Both the position numbers and the translations under genes were made by a program. Source: Strigamia acuminata (taxonomy: Eukaryota). From it: a DNA stretch of 64,000 bases. The DNA lies in NCBI GenBank assembly GCA_949358305.1, contig OX442314.1, positions 15,314,001-15,378,000 on the forward strand, written 5' to 3'. Every line of letters begins with the position of its first letter. The stretch's first letter is position 1. The notes below the pieces were generated by a model. It searched no databases. It was not told the origin of the DNA and saw only the letters and a list, made by a program, of their open reading frames with translations. Below, piece after piece: positions 21,126-35,200 of the stretch.

Positions 21126-24100
21126 AATGAGTGTGATCCGAGTTGCGAATGTTACGTCGGGCGGTGCTGGCATCTCGCGGTGGGAAATAAAACTTCGATC
21201 TTTGATATCATTGGTTGAACGCTGCATAAATGCTTGCTTTCTTTGTATTTTTATTTGTTTGCCGAGCGTAAAAGCACAATATTTACGTACCTTTATTTTT
21301 TATTACATGTTTTCTTGTGAAAACATGGAATGACGTTGCTGTTTTCAGGTTTAAAACAAAACAAATGTGGGTTCACTGTGTACCAGTTGATGTTTTCTTG
21401 TTATTTACATCCCAAAAACACTAGTTGAATTATATATTTAAAAAAAAAAGCTGTCAAGGTCATTATCGGTCAAAGATGCATCAAATTTGACATGTTTTCC
21501 TGTCTATTTGAGTGAATTGCAATCAAGGAAGAAGGAATTTTTTTTTCCTCAATACTTTCTGCTCTATCTCGAATAGTTATCAGATGGGACGATTGAAAAA
21601 TGAATTGCATGAATGGTGACAATGAAACAAAACCGGAAAGCGACCACCGTAACGTTTTTATCTAATTGAATTTGTCGTACTCATTTCCCCGTCGTCTTTC
21701 ATATTATATTTATTACAACAAAACACTAGAAACTCTATAAACTACTCGTTACATGACTAAATGTCAATTAACTTTGACATAAGCAACAACAATGTGTTTT
21801 TTTATTAATAGAAATCGATAACGGACGAGTATTCATTGCTTGTAGATGAGGCCGCATTCCCAGTGGAATTATGAGTCCACGATAACCGTGATGATAGGGG
21901 ACTGACAAAATCTTTGAGGTCTTGACAACAAACAACCTGTTGCTTGCATCTTCCTCTATAATTTCACCATGAAATGGCATGTGGAAATAGCTCTTATAGA
22001 AAAGTGTTTGAAAGGAACCCTAATGATTACCTTCAAAATGTGATTTCATAATTAAGAAAGTTTGAGAATTTTGTTGGATATGCAATAAATTGTTAAAATG
22101 TAAATGAAATAGTGCGATTTTCGGTGCCGATCGATTCGTAAAAGGCGGCATCTTTGACACGACCTCCTTTAAATGTCATGCCGTATAACTTACGCACGGG
22201 TGGCAAGGGTTAGCCCTCGTGATGAGGGTGCGAGTGGAAATCTGCGCGCAAAGTGTGCCGTTATTGGCGCCCATCGTGCCTCGTGGGACTGGGACATGAA
22301 ATTATGGAGATGGATGTAAATAAGTCTTAAAATGAAGAAATCTAAGCACGTGAAAAAGAAATAAATTGGCAAAAGAGGAAAAAATTGCTTCGACGTTTTT
22401 TAATCTCGTAAAAATTGAGATGTTTTTCTTCACGACAGAATGATTTAAAATTGCTAGTTTATCTCGTCAACATCGTACTATATCGTAGTTATATTTCAAA
22501 CCTGTCATGTTCAATTATAAATGCATTATTTTTAATACAACAGGCTATTCGTTCTCCTATTTTTTTCTGTGTTCAACACAAGCCTGAACTTTGAGATTAT
22601 TTTTTAAACATTGGTAACGTGAATGTTCCATCGCTATCAATGGGCGAATCTGTTTTTTTTTTCTTCTCACATTTTGTCAGCTTGTTTTATTAAGTGGAAG
22701 CACGCAACTTTTGAAATTAAGGTGAATCTACAACCAAATTGAGGTTATGACTTGTAATTTTCAGCCTTTTCTGCTCGCTTCTTGTTACAAGTGAAATCTA
22801 CGACCCTTAATTGGCTTTCTACACATGCAATTGCACTGACACTTCTAGATAGGATCATTGTTTATCACTTGACTCAAATCTGGTGAAGTGTGTGCTAGGA
22901 ATTCCTTTTCTTATTTTTTTTCCTTCTTTGTACGATTCATTATAAGTTAAAGCGTTGGCCGTTTCAAGTATCGATTTCATTCCCAATTAACGACCGTCAA
23001 AACAAACTGGACGAGCTAGTGAGCTAGCTATCAAAATAGACGTCAATCTGTTCCCAAATCTTAAAATAATAAAATAATAAGCGCATTTATAAAGTAAACA
23101 ACATATTTAAACTGTTTTCAGTCGGAGTGGGCATTTAAACAACAGTTAAACATGACTTCATGAATGCGTCGAATATTTAGCTTTAATTTTTCAGTTGATT
23201 GGAATTGCGCAGTTGGTGTAATTAAACCTAAATTGGTGTCAACAAACTGTAGACTTCTTTCCAACTTTTAATTTGATTTTGCCCTGCTGTTGAAGTCCAG
23301 GTTTTGACTGGAGGGTTATTCAATCTAGAAAATCTTCTCATTAGTCATGCCAACAACATCTAGCCGTAAGCCTTTACCTTGCATTTATCAAGAAGGGGGC
23401 ATTATCACAATCCCTTATGCGTGATTGGTCTTGCTTTTATTTTTTTCCTGTGGGTGCGTCTGGAGTGAAGTTTTGACACGAAACTGAATATTTGTCAGGC
23501 ACAGTCATAGGGAATAATTTCAAAATAAATTTCATCATTAGTGGGTTGTTTTCCCATGATTCATCATATGAAATAACCGCAGATGATCTTTTCCAGCTAC
23601 ACACCAACATGTGATGTCATAAAGACATTCTTGTCATATCCTAGACTGCACGTGCATTGCCTATATCCCCTCACTAGTCCCTTGTGGGTCCCTTCTGATC
23701 ACGGCCACACACACTGTCAGCACGTTCATCCGTGACTGACTCTGTCGACTTGTACTGTTTGCTTGTCAGCTTTCTTTTGGGGATTCTATAGGCCTTGTTC
23801 TTCTAAAATCAGTTGGCGCAAAAAAAGAAATATATTTCGCAATTGTTTTTATTTCGGTAAATGTTTTTTTTCTTTTTTCTTTTTCCCGTTTAAAAGTTTC
23901 ATACAGTCTTGTTACTATTTGAACTGTTTTTTTTTTTTAAATGTCACTTGTATGAATGAGAAAACAGTGACATTTAATGGGTCTGAACGAACGGATACAT
24001 TTATTTTTTTATTTTGTTTATACATGAATGTTTTTTTTCTTCTTTTGTTATACAGTAGTAGTTTTACCAGGTTATTTACATTGACATAGTCGGTGTACCC

Positions 24101-27100
24101 ATTTTCACTCTTATTTACTTTATTTATTGCTAATCGATATAAAGATTTTTCTAACATATTAGTACGTTATTATAGAACATTTTATTGTACCCGATTTAGC
24201 ATTGTTTTTTTCCGATTTAACAATTCCGTTTCAGTACAAAAGATCATTTATGCAAATGAGGATTTTGCCATGAGACTCATAAATGATTATAATGGGGTAC
24301 AAATTGAAGATGTAATGAATTTTTTTTTCTTTAAAAAAAAACCGTTTCTTTTTTAACTTGATTTTCTCTTCATTTCTCGAACACTGAGATCCGGGAAGAT
24401 TAAGATCAAACGTAACCGATCATCATTATGATGAGTTAGTGAAAAATTTTCTTAACCTTCAAAAAGACGGCCGGCCCTCTTCTTTTCTCTTATCAAACCG
24501 GTTTTGCCAACTGCAGAGGTTTCATCACGCACGTGAGCCATCAGGGGTCCAATACCAAACCAAACCGAGACACGCACACCACGAAAACCCGCGCAGTCGC
24601 GCACGTGCATGCCTCACCGACGACGTTTGTCTCCTCACCCCTCATCGCCCACGACTCTTTTCGATGCCCACTTTGTTCCAAAGAGTTCATCTACGGTCTA
24701 ACGTGGCGTTTAATGCGATTTAGAGGGTCTAAAGTGAAGCATTTGAGGTTTTATTCGTTGTTTGCTTAATTGTATTTTGAGATTAATGTTAATGTGTGGA
24801 TATTTTCTGATTTAATTTTATTAGATTTATTAAAGAAACTCCTTTTAAATTAGAGTAATTTATTAATACGAGTTGTTAGGCGAAATTAGAGTAACAGCAT
24901 TTAAAAAGCAATGTCATAAATTGTAACTGCCGGAATCTTGATGTAAGTATAGGGTCGTAATGGATGTTGGGCACAATTTGAATTCAATAAAAAGACTTTT
25001 TTGGTCGACTGGAAATAATTTTTCTACTTAAAAAAAAATATGCCGGTAAAAAAGAAACTGTGCCGCAAGCCGATATAAAATTTTAAGGTTTGGGAAAAAA
25101 AAAGAAATATAAGTGGCACTAGATGTGAGAAGAACAGTTGGTGCAGCTAATCGTACAAATTTTTACGATGTATAATAAATAGCATTAGATGCATGATTGG
25201 GGAAGATTGGTCGGGTCTCCCGGGTAATTGTGACGGGCGCGCGCCGAGCAAATAACAGACTGCAAAACCTGGAGAGAACACTCACGTGAGATAGAGATAT
25301 GCATCCCGTATCGTCTCTACTCATATTCTACAACAAACTATATACACTAATAATTTCGTCTTTTTCTGAGATTTAGTGCAACATCTTCAAATTAGATCTT
25401 CACCGAAGAAATGTTTATTTTGTTTTATTTTTTGGGGGGGTTTTCTTTCGGGGTTCCAAAATTGGTTCCCGAGGTTTATTTTTGTTGAATTACCCGAGTT
25501 GAAATAGCAGCAAATTAAATGACTCGTGGGCTACACTTTTCTTTTCTTCTCCACTTGTTATTTTCGCTTTCCCGTCCCCTCTTTGTCATAAAAACTGCTA
25601 TAGCTCATCGTAAACAATTTTATACCACCAGACTAAATATTAGATCTCAGCTACTGAGGCTGATAGCTCACGATATCAATTTTATGCAGAGGGGGAATCG
25701 TTTTGGCCATAAAATTAGAGCCTAAGGATCAAGTAGGAGATAAACCAAGCTCGTTTAAAATTGCGAATGTTTTTAAGTCGAAGTGAAATTTAAATCTACG
25801 GCGATTAAAACAAGAAAGAAGAAAAAAATACAATTTAATTTATTAAAATTACAATATTCTTTGCGTAAATAATTTTTTTAAAAAAATTATTATTATTATT
25901 ATTATTATATATTTTTAAAAATAAACTCCTTAATGGTGTGTTTATTTAATGCAAAGTATAAAAGTACATGAAATTTACCGCTTAATTAGAGGTCAGGAAG
26001 CGAGTGTAAAGAAATAAAGAATAATTTTTATAGATGTAAATGGTAGGTGAAAAAAAATTGAAAAGAAATATCAGCTGCAAGTAGTAAGCAGAATATTTGT
26101 AAGGTGTGTGGCCGGGCGAGGGTGGGTTAACTTATTACAGGGCGGCTTGCTACTCGCACTATTGTCTGGCCTTTGTGTGATTGCAAACCTTGTGATTTGT
26201 GAGCGCCCCGCCAATACTTTCTCACAAATTACAAAACATCTTTTATCTAGATATTTTAAATCCTTTAAAAATTTTTTTGTTTTCAACTTTCAATTTCCAA
26301 TATATTTTGCTTTAAATAGTCACTTTTTTCTTATATTTTTTGTATATTTTAAAAAAAAAATTCAAATTTCACATAAGTTTTCCACTTGAAACATTCACAC
26401 ACATTATTTTAGTTAAAGATTGTTAAAAATTTGATTTTAAGTATAAAAAGTATACCATCCGACATTCACGATGGTTTTACATACTTCGAGATGTCAGCGC
26501 GAAGTTATACTGTATATCCAAGAGTTCTTCTTGGGACTGTGTAGTTCGTCATTCTCTCGTAAGGGGATCCACTAGCACTGTGTCCCCGTGCTTCGCACGG
26601 TGGGGCGGTCGAGATAGGAGGAGCAGACCTCATTGAAGAAGGCGGAGCTCGTTGGCGAGGTGAAGGCGGTGGCCATCTCGGACGGCAGCCAACCAGATAA
26701 GCGGGCGGCACGAAAGGAGGGGCCGAATGCCCGCCCACCCATGATGAAATGAACTCCCTGTCCAAGATGGGCCACGGTGTCCCACGAGACTTTAAAAAGC
26801 CAAATAATTTTTTTTTTCTGTTGGAAAATTTCGAATGGGAGAAAAGTTGGAAATTTTTCTGATATTTTTCTTTTTTGTTCAAAATGTTTTAATTAATAAA
26901 AAATAAATCTTGATGCCGTGCATGTTTTATTATTTAAATTTTAAATTACAATTTTTATTTTTCGAAGAGACAAAAAAAGAATCAATTTTTTTTTCTTATT
27001 TTTTTTTTCATTTCAGTAGGGAAAGAAAAAGTATTGAAGTTAATCCGGACCTTAAATTTTAGTCCGCATGCGTGCGTGGGTGAAACCGGATGTCTCGATT

Positions 27101-28289
27101 AGGCGCCATTAATTAATCAAGCCGATTAGTAGGTCCTAGGGATCAATGCTAAAAGAGGGCAAGGGATGCTCCCTACCTAAATCGTATTAAGCCTTAAGCT
27201 CATTTCTCTCGACTCATACTTGGTGACGCCATCGTTTGATTTTTCGAGTTCACCTCGTTTTTATTGCGCATAAACGCGTCTTTATTTTCATCATTTCACT
27301 GTCATACAGTTAATTAAGTCCAATGTTTATGGAGAAATTTAACCCCGTTGAGTGAATTTACTTTTACTCAACTTGCAAAAAAAAAAAATAAAAAAAAAAA
27401 ATAAAAAAATTATTATATATATCACTGAAGAGAATGAAACGTGAAATGTGATTAGAGATAACACAGTTCTTTAGTTTCAGTTACGAATGGTTTCAATCTG
27501 GTCAAGTGAAACAGCTATCGTTATCAAATTTTTTTGAAAAAATTTTTTTTCTTCCAAAGTAATCATTAAACAAATATGAGATACACGAAACTTAGTGTTT
27601 TCACACCTCAATTTATAGATAAGAATATTTTTTTTCCTCTCTCCAATCCACCAACAATTTTTCGAGAATTAAAAAAATAATAAAATAAAAATAGATAAGA
27701 GCGCTGTAAATGATTGCACACCCAAGTAAACTTTCATTTTGTTACGTCTTTAATTTTTGCATAAAAAAAAAAATTGTATGAACTCGTTGGTCAGTTAGTG
27801 TAAACACCCCGAACTCTTGTGTTATCCTGATGAGCCCTAGGAGTAATCAGGAAAATCATTGGTAGTTTGATGGTTTCAAGATGCGAGTGAGTTCAATCGG
27901 TAGCCCGAGGGGAGTGATGTTGGATGGGGGTAATTTTTTTTGTCCATGAGAAAACTGAATCTCATTCTAAGATGGGCATCAGAGTAGTTGCAAACAAAGC
28001 GCGATGTCTTTCCCTTTGTAGGAACGGGGCGCCCCCCGTAGTCAATACGTGTGAAGATGGGCGAGGTTTTAAGGCCGTGGCAATTATCACCGAGTGTTTA
28101 AAACCACAACGAGTGAAGGGAGAGCGAGTTGTACTACTTCGTCCCCCGCACTCCTTGAATTTTATGGTTTTACAGCCCCCGCGAAGCTTGTTTGCAGTGC
28201 ATAGAAAGAGACTGACTGACTTTGCGTGATTTATGGCTAGTTAGAAAAGAAAAGATAAAAAAAAAAGAAAAAGAAAAACAGAAAGAAAT

Positions 28290-29251
28290 AGGCGGGAGCA
28301 CGAGCGCGAGCGTGAGCACGAATCGGTTGGGCCGTGCGTGGCAGTGTGAAGCGCGCACCATCATTTTGCCACGTGCGTCTGCGTGTTAGCGTCGTCTGCT
28401 GTTGGCGCGCTTTGACTGTAGCTTGCGCTTGGCATTGGCATCCCTTCCTTCCTTGCTTTCCTCCCTTCCCTCCCCTCAGCCGCTGCTCGCAGTGAATGGA
28501 CCGGTCGGAGGTGGATGCGTGTCCGCGGCGCAGCTCGCAGCATATGTATCAAAACGAGTTGTGCGTGGTGTGGTGTGTATGTGTGCGTGCTCAGCTTCGC
28601 TCCTCTTAGTGCATGGTGCCTCCCTCGCCTGCCGTCTTGACACTCCACCTCTTGGCCATCAGCGGAGACGATGCAAATGAGTGGCGCCCGCGCCCGCGCC
28701 CTTCATTGACGAAAAGGGCGGTCGGTCGGTCGAGTGCGCCACGCTGCGCACGCGGTGGCCAAACGGCAGTTGCCGAGCCTGTGCCAAGTGACAGCTCATT
28801 CATTACCACGGTTAGAGTAACAGGCTAGTGATTGACACTTTTGACTCGCCGGGCCCCACAGCCCCACAGCGAGCGCCCCTCTTCTCCCGCTTGGTGGGGG
28901 TCTCTCCCCTCCTCCTCCGTACACCCGAGTCTGGGTTGGGTTTTCTCCGTGGATGGTTGACGGACGACGCTGCATCTGCGTTACGAGTTTTACTACGCTT
29001 TGCCTTGCCCGGATTTCGCGAACCTAACCGAACCTAACCGTAGCACGAGTCAGTCCAGTGCAGACCAGCAGTCCACGCAGCCTGCCCTGCCTGCCAACCC
29101 TGCCAACCGTCGGCGAGCACGAGCACGAGCAGTGTGCAGCTGTGCACGGGATTTTCCTAATCAGTTCCGTGGCGTTTGTTTAGGTGTTTCGAGGATTTTT
29201 GCAACTTGTTCTTTCTAACTTTGTTTTTCGTCGTACCCCGGGAGCAAGTTC
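28290..29251 (+). promoter_or_regulatory. GC/CpG-rich promoter and 5' UTR region of homothorax
   Basis: Abrupt GC/CpG-rich island upstream of the hth ATG. Contains TGACAG (28789) and TGATTGACA (28829). Confidence 0.55.
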
Positions 29252-32200
29252 ATGGCTCAGCCGAGGGTGAGTAGATATTTTTCGGCATGCGCTTTTGCCT
29301 TGCCTTTATCGGATTCTCGCGCGTCTGCCTCGGCGCTGCTCTCACGTTGCAGGCCCGCACTCACGCGCCTCGTGCGGCGGCGTGCAGTGTGTGGTGATTT
29401 ATTGAGCGCGGCGCGGTTTTGTCATCCGTGCCGGGCTCGCGGTGCGGCTGCTGCGGCCGAGCTAACCCACACGGTGGCAGACGTGCTTTCGTTCGCAGCT
29501 CTAAGTTAGTCGCTATCATTTTTCTATTCACAGTACGATGACGGCATTCCACACTATGGTGCTATGGACATGCCAGCATCCATGTACGATCCACACGCCC
29601 ATCGTCCCATGCCCTTGTCGCACAGTCCGCACTTGAATCACGGCCACGCCATGCACCAATACCACGGCAATCACGTCGGTGCCATGTCCAACCATGTCAT
29701 GGGCTCAGTACCAGACGTCCACAAACGGGATAAAGATGCAATCTACGGGTAAGCCCAAACCACATCGTCTGCCCAGCCCCCTGCCCGTGTCCCGTATCCG
29801 GCAGGAACAACACGCCCGGCCCGCTTCCCGCCGAACCGATGACGCTCGCTCGCTCGTAAGCCTAACCCCCATGCTAGGCCTAGTCGTGCCAGGTAGAAAA
29901 ACAGGCTCTCGTGCCTGTCGCCCCACGCTCGTATTTATTGAATAAAACTGAGAAATGTCTCGGCTAAGTCTCCGCCCGGGGTGTGCGTGGGGCCTCGTAC
30001 GACGCATGGTGTGCGTAACTGATGTTTATGTGCGCGCCGCCTGGCATTACGATCCGACCCCGGCGCAGCCAAGATGGCCGACCGCTCAAATCAGCAGTAG
30101 CGTCGGTCACGGCTTTGTGAGCTGGAGCTGGGCTCAGCTCAGCTCAAGCTCGTCGTCTTTCGGTTCGCGTGTCGGGCTTGTTGGAGGGAAACTACCTTCA
30201 TTGAATTATACTTTAAAAGATGATATATATTTATTTAGGCACCCGCTCTTCCCTTTGCTGGCTCTCATCTTCGAGAAATGTGAGCTAGCCACGTGCACGC
30301 CGCGCGAACCCGGCGTGGCGGGCGGCGATGTATGTTCGTCCGAATCATTTAACGAAGATATTGCCGTCTTCTCCAAACAGGTGAATAAATTGAAATCAAA
30401 ATTTATGCCATTAAAAATAAATTCAAATTCAACGTGCACACCGTGGTCTATATAATATTTTTCAATCATTATTTATTTGACAAAAAATTTATTTATTTTG
30501 AAATTTGGAAGATTGATTGACATTTAAAAAAGTGTTTTAATTGTTTTTATTTTTGTGGTTATTATTGTCAAATAGAAAATATTTTTTTTTTTAAATATTT
30601 TTAAATTTTTAAATTAAAAATAAAATAATTGTTTATTGACGTTTTATTGTAATTAAAAAAAAACAGATTATCTTAAATGTGTTGTCCTCGTAAAGATGCA
30701 AAAAAAAACACTTATAAATTACATTAATTCCACAAAAAAATATATATTTACCAATTTAGTAGAAAAGCATAAATTGTACAGATTGCTTCGACTGTAAGAT
30801 ACTACAAGTTAATTAATTTTAGGTAGATGTCACGATTTTTAAATTAATTGGAATTAATTCTCTAAAACCTCAATTTAGTTTTTAAATTCATAAATAAAAA
30901 GACCATTAACATAAATAAACGTATTTAAAAAAAAAGAAATAAAAAAGCAGTTTAAATATTTAATCTAAGAATCAGTTGATCGAAAAAAACGTACACGGCT
31001 ATTCGGCTAATGCTGCACTTTTGAGATTAATCTCAAAAGGAAGAAAACGGATTCATATGCCCTCAAGAACATGAATTTTTTTTTCTTTTTTTTTAAACTT
31101 GAATACGGTTGACTGAATTGAATTTTGAATTTATAAAACGTGCATAAAATTTATTTATTTAATTTTATTTTCTCTTTCCACCTACAGATTAGAGCTGAAA
31201 AACCGTATTATGTGGTTAATCCCGAATTAGATAGCCTAGTAAGTATTTTTAAAACGATTACTATTTTGAAAAAAAAAATTATTTAGTTATAATAACGCGA
31301 GATTAAAATTTACAATGTCGGTGTTATCATTGCACGTGTGTTGTAACACCTTATGGGTCGCTCGGGGGGAACTCATTGGCCACCATCACGGCTCTTAGGC
31401 TATGGAGTGATCCCCAGGCCGCCCTCTTTGCGCTATAATTGTCGCCCGATATCATAAATCTTGTTGACTTCAAAAAGTTTAAGTGCAGCAAAAGTTTACT
31501 TTTGTTTACATTTTAATTTTTCAAGTGAAAATGATAACACCGAGGAAGAAATTTTGAATTTTTCCGTTTTTGAAATATTCTGTAGTTAATGTATTTGTTT
31601 TTCAACTGTAGATGGTGCAAGCAATTCAAGTGCTAAGATTTCACCTACTAGAATTAGAAAAGGTAAGCTTTAATTTTAATTTTAATTTTTATCTTATTTT
31701 AGCTATCAGATGATTTTTTTTCTTCCTTTTTTTATTCGCGGGTTAAACTTTAAACGTAAATATGCTCGACTGTCTAGACGAAGAAAATTACTCATTTTGC
31801 GTGGCATTTAATTCAGCCCGCAGAACTTGCCGTTATACATTTTAATAAGTTGAATTAATATTTTATTGTTGTTTTTTAAAACGACAAATTAGTGCGCTGG
31901 TTCGACCAGTGATTTAACTAAAAAGAAGTCGATGTTGGAATGAATTTAATTGCTCGAGAGTGTTAAGTATTGAGCAGTAAATTTGATTGTAAGGGGGTTG
32001 GATGAAAACGAAATTAAAGTGTGCGCAATGATGGGTTATGCCCGTGTCGGAAGTGAACAATTTGAACTCGTGTTGAACCTGATAAGATATGTAATGAATG
32101 GGAATGGCTCTTTAAATAGAGAGAGAAAGATGGCTTTAATTGTCTCTTCCTCATTTTCAATATACTTGGGACAATGGATCAGACGTTGGCCGTTGAAGGG

Positions 32201-35200
32201 TGTTGCATTTACACATTATTCAGCCGCCGAAAACTCACAACGGGCCAATGTTTATTTTAAAACGCAAGATTTATGTAATTTGCCACGGAATAAATTGCTC
32301 AAAAGAGATTAGATTAAAAAAAATTGTTTATAACATAAGCCTTTGATTATGCATAAGTGTCTTGAAGCGACTGAAAGCAAAAATGAATTTATCCTGTGTC
32401 ATGTAATAAGCAAGTGCATTGAAAAACACGCAAAAACAATGCTCATTAACGTAATATTTCTATATTTGCCAATTTTGGTATTTTAATAGAGCCAAAACAT
32501 GTGTTTTAACTTGAAATTGGAGGAAAAAAGTTAATATTTTTATTTTTGAACTTTTAAAGCACAAAAACGAACAAATCGGCTGTAAAAAATCTCATATTGT
32601 TATTTTTTTTTTGAAGGGGGTCTTTATCCATTCACGGACAATTGGGCAGAATAATTTTTGGCGCCAAATTTTTATACAAAATCGGCGTGTCAAGTGGCAC
32701 GAAATGTGCTTTTTACAGCACTATTGTATTGTTATGTCGTCGTCGTAAAAATCTAAAGTAGCAGAGCAGATCGCGACTCCCGACCCCTCAGATACTGATG
32801 TTGCCGTTGCTGGCTTCCTCGTCCCCGCGCCTCATTGAGATTTATGGCGCCTCTGTTAGGTGGCGCTGCCAAACGGTTTGTTTCGGCGCTTGCCGTTGCC
32901 ACTACACTGCCGCTAAAATCCCCCCCTCTCTCCCTTCACCATCCTTTCCTTATATATACCCATTTTGGCGTCACCTTAAAACGCGAAGGGGTAATTGGCC
33001 GAGTTTTGCATTGCGTGTTACCTCCTACACGACGTCCGTCTACTTATCACGTGAATAAAGCAGAAAAAAACGAAATCGGTTTTTTAATATTTTGGAAGAG
33101 ATTTCTATGCTCGATATTTGACTTCGCAATAGTCCTCATTTAGTCAATGAAAAGCGCACAATTTCGTATCAAATATTAAATTGGAAATTGCAATTGAAGT
33201 GTTATTTGGAAGCGTTAAATAAATAAAGAAAAGTTGTGGGTGAAATGCTCGGAAAAAAGTGAAACTGAAAATTGATTTTGGTTTTTTTTTAACTTGTTTA
33301 TTTGCAGTTAATTGTGTGCAGTATTTGCTTTTTTTTTTTTAATGAAATTATATGTGCAAATGTTTACTAAAAGAAGTTTGGAGAAAAAAAAATCGAGATG
33401 ACGTTAATCTTATTTACAGAGTAAGGATAGGGTTAAGTCGATACTTTATGTTGATCCTAGTATGTTGACTTGTCTAACTTGTATTTACTCGAATAACGAG
33501 GAGGATTAACTCGTGTTGTTAACAAAAAGGCATTTATTTACTCGCACTAAACACGAGTCGGAATCCCTCGGGCAAGATTTAAATCCTTAGTTTTGTTAAG
33601 TGCGATTAACTTCTATTAAACATGTCGCTGGATAATCTTAGCAGCAAGCGTAAGTCGCCAAAAGCCCCTGGTTTGACTTGTTAGAAGTTAATGCACAAAG
33701 CTGCCCTGGCAGTTTTAGAAAATGGCGACCTGAGTCCCAACGAAAGAAAAAATTGCTGTTTTTTAAATTTATTTGTGCAATTCGAACATTAATTTGTGAT
33801 ATTATCAGTAATAAATGTTTAGTAGCGGATTAATTAATGGTAATTTTATACAGTTGAGTATTTGTGTGTGTGTTTTAGTGTGTTTACAATGCAGCTTGTG
33901 TAGAGGTGTTGCTGGCAAGCATTTTCCCTCCTTAATCTCACGAGCAACCGTGTATATAGGTGAACATATGCAGATCAGAGGCTAATTAAAAAGCTTTTTT
34001 CTCTGGTGATCGGCACAGGTGTTACTAGGCTGCATGTTGGCGTTGGTAGGGAATAATTGGTCCTTCACAGTGTGATTAGAGTTTGAACCTCCATTTTGAC
34101 TCGGTCCATTAAGGGCGAGATGTTGATTCTACGGGTTAAATTAGAGTGAAATGCGTTAAGACATCGAGTTATAGCATCTGATTTGTTTAACATTTGAATG
34201 AATTGATTTTGTGTGTGTGCGTATTTTGTATTATTTTTCAAATAAAAATGTGTTTGTATTTTGCAGGTTCATGAACTGTGCGATAATTTTTGCCATCGGT
34301 ACATTAGTTGTTTGAAAGGGAAGATGCCAATAGATCTTGTCATAGACGAGCGGGATGGCAAATCTTCAGAGCTCGGAGACACGAATAACAATGGTGCAGG
34401 AACCCGAGCACAGAGTGTGGACGCTGGTAGTCACACGGACAACGCCTCCACTCCCGATCAGGTAGGACCGCGAAAACTTATATTTTACTATAATAACACT
34501 ATTTAATGTTATTTTACGAAGTATGATACAGGATATTTTATTAAATTTCGGTGAGAATAATTTTTTTCTTTTTTGGTTTATCAATGCATTAAATTTGTTG
34601 AAAACTTTTATTCCATCTGATGGATGTCAGCGCAGCTGTCAAATGAGTACACAGTACTGACATTTGGGATTCAAATAGTGTGAAAGTAATAGGAATAGGT
34701 TGGACTTAGTGTGGAGTGTTGCCAAAACAAACTACGAATATATTGTTTATTGATATTTATGTGCTGTGTATTTACAGATGGATAAGTTAATTAAGGATAA
34801 GGATAAGGATAATATTTTACATTTAAAGAATTTGATATATTTGGTTGAAGAAGGAATTTTTCGAGAAATTGGATTTCTTGTAGTGATATTTTTAGTTTTT
34901 AAAAATAAAGTAATTTGAATTTAATTTCCTAAGGTCGGGAATTTGTGGGGAGTAATTTATTAAACATGGTGTGTTGGGTAGATGTGAATGGTTGTTCACC
35001 TGGAATATCAGGGATCAGTGGTTTGGTGGAAAAGAATTAGCATAAATTAATGAAAAGTTGCACTTTTCTAAGCTTTAGGTGTCCGTTTCAGGGGGTGTTA
35101 TACGGTGATAAGGAGGAAAATGTTTGTTTGTCACATATGATTGGCCAGCATTATATTTAGGTTGGAAAATGTAGGTTGAAGTGTCAAACAACTTGAGAGA

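Noticed and set aside
27827..27856. CTGATGAG...GAAA hammerhead-like core
   Set aside because: No proper stem II closing onto GAAA and no stems I/III; CCTGAT/ATCAGG simply forms a hairpin.
29021..29040. AACCTAACCG x2, telomere-like CCTAA
   Set aside because: Only two interrupted units within the hth leader.
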